From: Perkinsus chesapeaki ATCC PRA-425
Lineage: Eukaryota > Protista > Perkinsozoa
Length of the DNA stretch: 64,000 nucleotides
Assembly (NCBI GenBank): GCA_013115145.1
Contig: JAAPAO010000100.1
Location: 14,364-78,363, forward strand
Reading direction: 5' to 3'
The position numbers were made by a program, and so were the translations under genes. Positions 47,290 to 59,139 of the stretch are shown here, piece after piece. Under the pieces are notes generated by a model, which had not been told where the DNA came from, did no database searches, and saw nothing but the letters and a program-made list of their open reading frames with translations. Every line of letters starts with the position of its first letter. Position 1 is the stretch's first letter.

Positions 47290-47311
47290 GCCTGAAATAC
47301 AGGCTCTGTAT
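47290..47311. mobile_element. 7+8+7 footprint (GCCTGTAT) in the GH35-2 3' flank
   Basis: GCCTGaA ATACAGGC tCTGTAT; single GCCTGTAT at 42469-42476 in the paralog. Confidence 0.82.
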
Positions 47312-47713
47312 GAAATTCTTGACAGCATTCAGTATTGTGCATGGTCGTAATCGAGCCTCGTGCGGCATCGGGTCAGACGGATCTTTTTGCTCAATTTGCC
47401 GTTAATCGGCATGAGCAAACGGTCTGTAAGCAGCCTGGTTGAACCAGAGAGACGATTTGATCGCCGCATCTGTTTGATTAGCCTTGTTTCACAGACCAGA
47501 ATGCGATGCGTTAAGTCCAGTGTCAAAACAACGGTAGTCGTATAGTCAAAAAGAGGATCCCTGTTATTGCTTGCTATGAGAGTCCTGGGTACGGCTCGAG
47601 CTGAGCCAAATGAAAATGTGTCCGGGTTTCGGGTTTGTGTGTTCCTCTCGCACTGTGCGAGAGGAACATGGAAAGAGCAACAAATTTCTGATCTAGTGCT
47701 ACCATTTTCATCC

Positions 47714-48840
47714 TCAGACTCGATCTACATCACATTCAGATCGGCGCTGGACAATTTTTTTGACCAGACTGTATGTCGAGCCTCGACTATAAATTTGGGT
47801 TGAGTAAAAAATCTTCGACAGGTGAAGGTACCTGCAGCAGCTTGTGCTGTCACAGTTCTTTGGCCTTTGAAGATAGAAGGCGAGGAGGAGGGACAAGGCA
47901 CGATCTGAAAAAGATGGCATCGCTGACTAATACCGTATTTTGACGTTCCGTGGAGAGCGTCAACCCCTCACTCACCAAGAACTTCAATGAACCCCATCCT
48001 TTTGGAGAGTGGGATCGCGCCGTCGTTTTCCTCATCAACATAAAGAGTCATTGCGAGTACGTTTTTCGCTTTACGACCCTGAAGGATACGTCAGGTCGTG
48101 ACATACGAGTTTGAGCCCAACAATCAGATTTGCAACATATCATATCCTTGCCGTTACACAGATAGCAAACCATGCAAACCATTATACTGTATTGAAAACA
48201 CTTCTCTAGCAAAGTTCCTTTTGACAAAATATCACAAAACACATGAAGAATTACTTCTTTCTCAATTACGCATACTCACTTGTTGAATGCTGTAACGGAT
48301 TAGTTGCGTACCGATGCCACCTCCACGGAACTTAGGGGATACCTCAACCTGAAATCAAGCAGAAGTCATTATTCCGTAAATCACACTCGCTGAGCGACGT
48401 ACTTCATCTATATAGCCAAATGTCCCGCTCTTCTTAGGATCCGACCTGACGCCAATAGTGATAGCACGTAAGATAGAAAGTCATGCGGCGAAATAGAAGT
48501 CTTTATCGCCTCGCTACATCTCCGATCTGACAGCTGCTTCTTCGATCATGGATTTCGTGTCAGGTATAGTCATCACAATGAATCCAACGACCTCCTAAAA
48601 TGAGAAAACTCGGACCGCGAGTTGAGCTTGGACGGCTAATCTGGCGAGCCTGATGATATTTACATCATATATTACATGCGGTTTCCCTTGACTGTCGATG
48701 GCCACATAACAAGGAGTGCTCCTTTCCTTCGAGCATTTAGAGAAGGATGAGCTATCGGAGTAGTCGCCTTCTTGATAGTCACGGTAGGCTATATTCCCTG
48801 CCACGAGCACAAAGGGCAGAAGATACAGATATAGGTTCAT
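47714..48840 (-). CDS. GNAT-family N-acetyltransferase with N-terminal signal peptide, multi-exon
   Basis: Spliced: MNLYLYLLPFVLVAG NIAYRDYQEGD...GKPH|EVVGFIVM...EM|SDPKKSGTFGYIDE|VEVSPKFRGGGIGTQLIRYSIQQ|GRKAKNVLAMTLYVDEENDGAIPLSKRMGFIEVL. The last exon is uncertain. Confidence 0.75.
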
Positions 48841-49328
48841 CTTTAATGAAACAGCCGACACACAGGCGGAGCTAACATGATATGTAACGCGTGCCAGTTA
48901 TACCAGATCATGGCACGAATGTCAGTTTATGGCTACACGGTATCACTGATTACTAATCAGGGAATTGCGGCTCAGTTGTATTTGGTTATGTGTCTGCGTG
49001 CCATGTAAGTTGTGTGGAGTATCGGTCAGAGGAGGAGAAGGCAAGCTCCACATAGACGGCAACAGAAGTTGTAGTTTGGAATAATAGGATTATTTGCCGA
49101 TATAATTTTGTGTGAATCTCTGCTCTCACCCGGATGTCGGCGTAGTGCCTAACCGATTGACCTTTCGTGGTCGGCTTCCCAGTATCTTCGATTGGTCTTG
49201 TGGGAGTCTGCCTCGGGCGAAGGAAAGCCTTCGACTCTGGGGCTGAGAGTGGGCGCCACAATATAGCATCCTATCATTGACAACACTACGTTACACGATG
49301 TAACTCGACCGCCAAGACAGCCTGTATA

Positions 49329-49350
49329 CAAGCTCGGAGCTTGAAGCTCC
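49329..49350. mobile_element. Perfect 7+8+7 excision footprint (CAAGCTCC)
   Basis: CAAGCTC GGAGCTTG AAGCTCC. Confidence 0.85.
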
Positions 49351-50063
49351 TTATAGGTTGTAATGATGCTCAGTTCTGATCACCTTTCTTCTCATCAACT
49401 TCTCAGATCTCGTGGATAGCACTGTTAGACTGCGCCACACCGGAGCGTTTTCGTGTGTGTGTTTATGGTCCAACGCAAAAAATGGCATAGACTATTCTTT
49501 ATATATGCATCTTCACTATGTGTTCCCTGCTGCGTTCTCCTATCCCCTTATAAACTATTTTGTCTCCCGAAGCTCGGGCCCGAAGACTTAAACATTGTTA
49601 TACATAATCCGCAAAGGAGCCTGTAAGGCTGTGGTAGAGCCTAAATATTCTCCGTCTGTATGATCTGTAACTATCTTCCCGCCATAACCTATGTCAATAG
49701 CTCCCGTAGCACGGGTATTACTCGACTATGTGTCGTTACGAGTATTCAAACTTTCATACTATTTCAGTCGGTCACTGCCCCTGCTCGGAAGCGGGGCTCT
49801 CGGTGCGAGTTATTTAAGTGCCCGCGCGTACGTTGGCGTTAGACACGACGTAGATCCTCAAGAATATCGTGTCGGCATTAGCGACTCACCAATAGTGGAA
49901 GGTTGGCCTGGCCGACTAGGATGCCTACCGCCGATAGTGGTCACGGAAGTGTAGATCAAAAGGGAGAGTTCAAAAGTGGAGCTCCTGCGTGCACATTTTT
50001 CACCGTAAACGCACGTCTTTGTTTGTTGTGTTTGACTACGCCTTCAGGTACGATCCGATGTAC

Positions 50064-50085
50064 TCGTCGGATCGACGACGTCGAT
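50064..50085. mobile_element. 7+8+7 footprint, 1 mismatch (TCGTCGAT)
   Basis: TCGTCGg ATCGACGA CGTCGAT. Confidence 0.7.
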
Positions 50086-50697
50086 AGCCCTTCAACTATG
50101 TAGTAACTTTTCTACAGGGCTCTGCTTCAAGATACTATGGGAGCTCAGAATTCGTGATCCCTGCACTCAAGATCTCTGTACTTTCCCCGACAAATGATGG
50201 CCCAATGTTACATATCGCTGAGGCGGTTCCCTTTTCGACGGCAATCCAATCCCGCGGCAGATTTCTCTACGTAGCCATTTTTGCCCAGCCGTAACTCGGC
50301 GTCCAAGTCTGACCGATACCCAAGTGATTTATACGGCAATAGGGAGAGCGTTCCCTCAGCTCGAAACGGGTGCCGCTCTTGTTGAAGAGTATACACACAA
50401 CACTAAATTTCAGGGGGTGGCCTTTTTTTCGCAGGACCCTGTAATCAAAAGCCTCGTGAAAGAAGCCTTCTCAAGCTTCGTGAGCTACTTCTTGTAAGAG
50501 ACTCTTACACCTCAAGAGGTGCTTCTTTTATTAGACTTTCAATACGCCCTTGTATAAAAAATTGGACTCAGCTGGCATCTTGCTGCTCTTGCTAATCTTG
50601 CATTTTCTTAATTCCTCTGGGGTCTCCGGGGTCTTCAGTCGGTAGTGGTTCAAAGGGGCTTGTGAGTGTCTTCTAGCAGTAATCAATTTTAAGCACA

Positions 50698-52152
50698 ATG
50701 ACCGATCATCCAGAAATAATCAATCCGCCAGATCAGATTTCACCTCATACTTCCAAGTCGGGATCTGCGGACAGGCCCCCCGTCCCTCCTGCCTCTACAA
50801 CCTCGGGCTCTAGCGGCGAGGCAACTCCAGATAGAAGAAGAGTCAAATTCGATGATGATTACACTCCGTTTGATCCTACTGTTGGGAGCGAATCTGTCGG
50901 AAGTGGCTCCCACTTGTATGACTTTTGTGGCAGCGATGTTGACGAGCTACACGAGAGGATAATGTCTTTGTCCAACGCTCTTTCTCAAGCACATATCCAG
51001 TTGGATGAGGAGCAACAGAAGCGACATTTATTGGAGCTCGAGAACGAGACTTTGAAGCTCAAGGTGTTGTCGCTGAGCATGATGAATCCCGAGGCCGCTG
51101 CTGCCCTCGACGCTGCGGTTGATGGTGGTATGGACAGCAGTGTAGACCCCTCTCAGATCTATCTAGGAGGAAGCCCTCCTCACAATCGTGACCGCGCTAT
51201 GACCACTGTTGATGGTATGTCGAGTAATCCGGCGGCTGTATGTCGGAAGTCATCGGCTAATGACGCTATGGTGGCCATGGAGTTCGAGAATAAAGAAGAT
51301 GTGTTGGTGGTACGTCACATTAGCAGTCTTGGCTTTGGTCCTGCTCAGACCCTTGCCGCTTACTTCTCCGTATTTGGTAAAGTACAAGAAGTTATCGAGG
51401 TTGAAGGGCAAGATGCCGCGATAGTGGTCATGGCCGACTCTGACAGTGCCTTGCATGGCTCCTTCTATCCCCATGGTGAAAAAGTCATCAGCGGCGGTGA
51501 AGTGGAGATTGCCTCCTACGACGAAGCTGTATCATCAGGCTGGCTATCATCAAGCACTCCTACTCATGATACTGACTCTATGTCGGTATCCATTAACAGT
51601 AGTGCTGCCCATAATGGTAGCATCTCGCCAGTGTACAACTGGAATAGTCTAGCGGTGCCTCAAAGTTCAATGAGGAATCATGCTCAGACTTGGGATGCAG
51701 CAGCAGATCATCATTCAGTGGTATCTGGAACGGATATAGGTGAAGCTCCTAGAATGAATCTATTGGAGGCTTTACAGGTCTTTAATGAAGAGGACGAGAA
51801 GAGGGTCTTTACTGTGAGGAAAGTTCACAAGCTCGGGTTCAAGTCCCAGCATGCTCTCAGACAGTACTTCAGCCAGTTCGGTCGAGTTAAGGACGTTGTC
51901 CTGTTGCCGATGAGAGCAAAGCCAAAGCCGGGCCCGGGTGGTCAGGTCAGAGGTGTCCGTCCGAGCTCTATGGGTTTCGTCGTGATGCAGCGGCCCGAGG
52001 ATGTTCAAAAGATTCTCGCGTATGGGGATACTCATATGATAAAGGGGTGGCCTATTGAAGTGAGGCCGTTTGTGAGGCCTAATGAGAGGAGAGAGTCTAG
52101 AGCTGATAAGGTTGATGATACTACCGTTATTAACCAACACGGTGGGCACTAA
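50698..52152 (+). CDS. Coiled-coil plus two atypical RRM domains, intronless
   Basis: VLVVRHISSLGF...YFSVFGKVQEV and VFTVRKVHKLGFKSQHALRQYFSQFGRVKDV...MGFVVM...IEVRPF. Confidence 0.8.
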   Translation: MTDHPEIINPPDQISPHTSKSGSADRPPVPPASTTSGSSGEATPDRRRVKFDDDYTPFDPTVGSESVGSGSHLYDFCGSDVDELHERIMSLSNALSQAHIQLDEEQQKRHLLELENETLKLKVLSLSMMNPEAAAALDAAVDGGMDSSVDPSQIYLGGSPPHNRDRAMTTVDGMSSNPAAVCRKSSANDAMVAMEFENKEDVLVVRHISSLGFGPAQTLAAYFSVFGKVQEVIEVEGQDAAIVVMADSDSALHGSFYPHGEKVISGGEVEIASYDEAVSSGWLSSSTPTHDTDSMSVSINSSAAHNGSISPVYNWNSLAVPQSSMRNHAQTWDAAADHHSVVSGTDIGEAPRMNLLEALQVFNEEDEKRVFTVRKVHKLGFKSQHALRQYFSQFGRVKDVVLLPMRAKPKPGPGGQVRGVRPSSMGFVVMQRPEDVQKILAYGDTHMIKGWPIEVRPFVRPNERRESRADKVDDTTVINQHGGH

Positions 52153-53311
52153 TTATTTGTTACTGCTGCTGCTGCTAGTATGGTCATAGTATGATCACGT
52201 TATGCTGTAAGTAAAACACTCTGATTTTACTATCATTTATCTACTTCATTATTGGATCATATACACATCAGCATCATCGTCTAAGATATATTGTATAATT
52301 AACAACCACCACCACAACAACAACATCGTCAATAATTCAACATCACTCATAAGCCCAGTGGCTCATCAGGCTCATCCGTCTGTTGATTTCCTATCTACCA
52401 TCACCATATTCTCGATACCGAGTGTTGATGTAGATAGGTCACCGCGGACAGAAGCCGCCTGGCTTTGCGGTGGCTTATTAGAGAGTTTTCTTTTCTCTAT
52501 TTCTTATTTCTCAGTCTATGTCCTTGCCTAGCTCATTTTTGTGCAGGTGGGTCGTAGGATAGTCTCACTTACTGCTGCTATGAGCGATCGCTGATCGTGT
52601 GGTCCCCCTAGTAGCACCATCGTAGCCTCCGATAGAGACAGTTGTTGTTGTTGTTGTTATACGTTGGTCTTCTATACTAGATTCCCTCTCATTAGTCGTT
52701 ACTAGTATTATCTTCGGAATCAACTCTAAGAGGGTTAGTTCAGCAGCAGCACTGCACAGTTTAACAGTGTTATGCTCAATACTGGGCTCCTCGATATGTT
52801 TTATAACTGTCCTTGATTCTGCTTATCTTGACGGAAGGTTGCTCAAATTGGTATTGCTCAGTTTGCTGCTGCGTGTTCTCAGTCTATCTCTGTTCTATAC
52901 ATGATATTTGGCATGGTATCACCTGCCATCAATGTCATGTCCGAAGTATTGAGGTTGGCCCCTACAGTTGTGATTACTTAGAAGTTTCTTATATCTCCTC
53001 CTCGTCGTCCCCCTCCTCATTGCTGTGAATATTTGTGTCTGAATATAAGAACATGTTGTTCTATATTATCTGTAGTGACAAGTAGCAAGGTGGTGGTGGT
53101 GGTCTCTATAATGTATGCCCTTACTTGTTCTTGTGGCACTATTATTATTATCATAAACGAAGAAGTCATTGTTACTCTTGCTGATGTTTCGAGTTCTCGT
53201 CACTATCCCATTTCAGTGTGGTGGCTTTCTATCCTGTAACCCATTCAGAGTTGCGTGAACAGTCAGCCAGGAAGCTGGGGAGCCAGGGTTGTGTCACCGA
53301 ACAGTGGTAAC

Positions 53312-55248
<1,937 letters not shown>

Positions 55249-55395
55249 AAGCGTGATGTTTCTTACTTTATTTAATAGCAGTTGTGTTGTGGTAGTCCGC
55301 AGTAGTTGACTCGTCATGTCGGCTTAAGTTGTGTACCTTACTCACCCGCGGTTCCACTGGCAATAGAGCCGCGGCGGTTCATCACTCTCTCCGCC

Positions 55396-56808
55396 ATGGC
55401 AGCAGACCATCTGTCATCTGGCAGGCTCGACTACCTTCCCGAAGATGCGCTCTGGCTCATCATGTCCCTTCTTGACACCCATTCCATTATGGCTCTATCG
55501 AGCTGTTCCCGCACTTTAGGCTTCTTTGGTACCTGTTGTGACCCCCGTCGGTTGATCGCGATGCTTATCGAGCCTGTGTTTGGCGACCTTCCTATTATTA
55601 ATATAGCCTATCAAGAGATGCTTTCAGAAGATAGTCATCATCCTTCTTCAATCCTAAGAGTACGTCTTTTGTTGGAGCGGCTACAATACCGCTCATCCGC
55701 GGCAGCCGGTAGCATTCACAGTGCCTATCTCCGGGATGGCCAGGTTTACACATTCGGTGCTGGGACCTCTGGTCAGCTGGGCCATGGCATTCTTAAGGAT
55801 GAGCCTCACCCCAGACGCATTATAAGGCCGTTCAGTGGCATCTCTGTTGCAGCAGTCGCTTGTGGTGATCGTCATACCCTCTTTCTCAGTGCCGATGGTG
55901 CCGTCTTTGGTACTGGTAGGAACACCTTTGGTCAACTAGCTTGTAGAGATCTCTACGACTTCCCCTCTCCTAGGTTCATCGACCTTACTCATACCTCGGC
56001 AAGGCGGCCCGTAGATGTTCGATGTGGAGGAGACCATAGTATGGTTCTCTTGGCCAATGGCCATGTCGTTGCATTTGGTTGGAATGCCTTCGGTCAGCTC
56101 GGCATCGGCGCCTCCCCTGCCTCAACGTCAACTCTAGCCGCAGTTATCGTACCCACACTGGTTAAGATCCCCCTGAATGACGTCCGCTTCGTTAGAGTCG
56201 CATGTGGTTTCGCTCATTCCCTCTTTCTTACCGATTCTGGTCGAGTCTTCTCATGTGGCATGGGCTCCCATGGTCAGCTTGGCAACGGTCTGCGTCAGCA
56301 TCGCTGGGTGCCCACTCCAATACCAGGTATTAAAGACTGTTTAATGGTTTCATGTGGTGGCCATCATTCCCTTCTCCTCTGTGGCTCTAAAGGAGAGGTC
56401 TATGCCTTCGGTAGCGGGTCCACTGGTAAGCTCGGCCGTGGTGATGACATGGGTGACTCGGCGATACCTGTCAAGATATCCGGTCAGCTACCACCAGTAT
56501 CGTCCATCTGCTGTGGTGGAGCTCACTCTCTCGTGGTTACTACAGACAACTCCTCCCTTTACGCGTTCGGGATGGGTCGCCGAGGTCAGCTTGGAGATGG
56601 CCAGCGTCGCTCGCATCCGCTTCCTGTCGGTCCGGTGGCCCAACGTGTCCGATGTGTTGCAGGAGGCGGCTACCATACATTAGCAGTGTCTGAAGACCTT
56701 GGCCCTTTGGTCTTCGGGCGTGGCACCCGAGGCCAGCTTGGCTTAGGATTTGTTGAGGACATTCCAATACCGTGGTCGTTAACTTTTCCAAACCTAGACG
56801 AAACCTAG
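55396..56808 (+). CDS. F-box plus RCC1-repeat protein, intronless
   Basis: F-box LDYLPEDALWLIMSLLD...LSSCSRTL; repeated GQVYTFG..GQLG..., VACG..HTL units. Confidence 0.88.
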   Translation: MAADHLSSGRLDYLPEDALWLIMSLLDTHSIMALSSCSRTLGFFGTCCDPRRLIAMLIEPVFGDLPIINIAYQEMLSEDSHHPSSILRVRLLLERLQYRSSAAAGSIHSAYLRDGQVYTFGAGTSGQLGHGILKDEPHPRRIIRPFSGISVAAVACGDRHTLFLSADGAVFGTGRNTFGQLACRDLYDFPSPRFIDLTHTSARRPVDVRCGGDHSMVLLANGHVVAFGWNAFGQLGIGASPASTSTLAAVIVPTLVKIPLNDVRFVRVACGFAHSLFLTDSGRVFSCGMGSHGQLGNGLRQHRWVPTPIPGIKDCLMVSCGGHHSLLLCGSKGEVYAFGSGSTGKLGRGDDMGDSAIPVKISGQLPPVSSICCGGAHSLVVTTDNSSLYAFGMGRRGQLGDGQRRSHPLPVGPVAQRVRCVAGGGYHTLAVSEDLGPLVFGRGTRGQLGLGFVEDIPIPWSLTFPNLDET

Positions 56809-56978
56809 GCAAAATGCCTCATAATTGTACCTCCCTGATTGGACTCTACTAAGCGGCGTGTCTACCGATCACCTTGTAACATGCCCGTTTGCCGTAGATC
56901 ACCTCCGAGGGAGAATAATAACACCAGTGTCTTGAGTTTGAGTTGACACAAGTGGGAGCATCGCGTAGATCAGATTGA

Positions 56979-58757
56979 ATGCGTTCTTTCGTTGCTTCGA
57001 CGGCTCTCAGGGCGCGGGTCCCGACGAGCGGGAATAGTTTGCTGGAAGAGCTGAGAACAACTACGCCGTATCGAGGGGAAGGCATGAAGTGGGTCGGAGC
57101 ATGCTCGTCGACCAAAGTCGATAGAGCAAGTACTCGAACAAAGCTCGTGAAGGAGGTGCGACGCGGCGCTCACACATGTCACTCTTCGAACCAAATTAGG
57201 TAGCCGAGTCATGGATGCGATTGAAGAACCCAGACGAAGTTATAGAGAGTTTGAGACGCTTAATTAGACTTCATCAAGGACATCGCCCAGTCCCGGGGGA
57301 GATGGCCCTGTCGATGCTAGAGTCGATAGAAGAGTCCTTCGAAGATGTTACAGACTACACTGGCCTTATGTGAGGGGGGTTTCCTCTCAATCATTGTTAC
57401 CATAGTCATTTCACAGCACCTCCTCCTCCTCCTCTTTGCCAGGTACATTCTCTCTGGTGTTATTAATCCAGCTCAGCTCATTGATGGTGACGAATCCCAG
57501 ATGAAGATATTCTATACCAGAGATAGGCTCGTACCAGCTGTATTAAAGCGGTTGCATCGGAGACATGAACTCCTGCCGCTATCCGAAGTTGCGCTTCTCT
57601 TGAATTCATTATCTTTACTCTCCACTAGGTAGGTCTGATGCTGCTGCTGCTGTTTTTGGATGCCACTAGTCGGCTACTTATTCAGTTATCATCGGTTTTT
57701 CGAAACAGTGCTGGCGAGCCTCGACAAGAGGCAGCATAAGCTGGTCAATAGCCCTTTGCAATTAATGGCTTGCAACTATTTCCAGACTGCGCCTTATGTT
57801 GTTAAGGCTTGCGGAGTAGCTAGTGTCATTGATAAGTCTTGTATTGATAGAATAGTCGATGTATGCTATGTCAACATAAACCAGGTAGCCTGATTAATCC
57901 TCTATCCCTTATGGGTCAATTCGTCCAGTAAGGTACCATACGAGGCACTATCACAGCTTTGTCTCGGACTGGGATTACTGGCAATACGGTGTAGTTATAT
58001 CTATCACCAGCGAGGTCAGCTTTCAGAGGCAGTACTGGAACAGGTCCACCTAACACCAAATCCTCTGGATTTGCTACCCATTGTACGCATGCGCATACTT
58101 AAAGGGCTCGTTATGGCTGGTGGCTTGCCCGAAACTGCTGTAGCATCGGCTCTGGACCATATCAGCACCTCACTAGACTTTGCACTAGTAACGGACAGTC
58201 GCGTCCTAGCTGATACATTGTATGTGATGGCTACAAGCAGCGTAACTAATGAGAGTATTCTCAAAGGCGTATGTGCTGCTGCAAGCGGCAGTCGGTTGCG
58301 TAAATGGCCAACCGCTGATCTTGCTGGAGCTCTCCTGTAGGCCTTTCAACCTTATCACAAGTCATGGAGCCTCCTTTCCTTATTCAGACACTCGCTACAG
58401 CTGCCAGCATCGCAGCTTAACGAAGCGCTCTCGGAAAGATGCTTGCAGCACCTTGGTCGGTCTCTACAGAACAGCGGGACTTTGCCCGTCATTTTCGACG
58501 TCCTAGAAGCCATATCTATTATATACAGTGGGTCTGAGAGGTTTAAAGCATTACAGGACGATCGTCCTGTGAGACTGGTTCTTGGATGTTGCCGGAGTAT
58601 AATGAAATGGGCGCCTTTCTCGGACCCCGATGAGCTTTGGCGTGCGAAGGCCTCGGTGGTGAGGCTAGAAGGGCGGATTCCTCGACTGCGCGTCCCAGAG
58701 TGGTTCAACTCCAGTGTTTCTCATGTGGCTTTAAGAGTTTCAGATCCTCCCAGGTGA
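56979..58757 (+). CDS. Alpha-helical repeat protein, possibly organelle-targeted, multi-exon
   Basis: Arg/Ser/Ala-rich N-terminus (MRSFVASTALRARV); Leu-rich helical exons (LSEVALLLNSLSLL, VLADTLYVMA). Confidence 0.5.
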
Positions 58758-59139
58758 CTGACTGAGGTCTTTTGTTCTCCGACTGTCATATTCCACTTGA
58801 ACTATTCTCCATGTCACTAATCCACTTTTACGATTAGGGGGCTGTTAGCAAATATAATGTAAAAGACTCAGAACACAAGGCTGCACCTACCGCACGAACG
58901 CGCACAAAGTAGGCTCAGCCGAAGGCGGCTGCCGATCAAAAAGGCATAATATCATACCATATGAAGTGTGGCTATCATTGCGATCACTAATGCCCCACTT
59001 GTAACTATGAACGGTGTCCTCGCTGAACTCTGAAAACATATATTGGCAAACTGGATTATAACCGTAGAACATACTTTGCTGCTATAACGAGTCGAATTTA
59101 ACAGAGGATCCACCGCCTGTCCAACCACAACCTGGAAAG

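Noticed and set aside
48925-48942. Spliced-leader relic upstream of the GNAT gene (ACCGTGTAGCCAT, minus strand); also ACCGTAGCCA near 13793
   Set aside because: Short or gapped matches expected by chance; the second lies in coding DNA of the opposite strand.
49566-49587. Further degenerate scar candidates (49566, 38400, 38718, 15343, 9330)
   Set aside because: They need three or more mismatches or length shifts; left out of the counts to keep the set strict.
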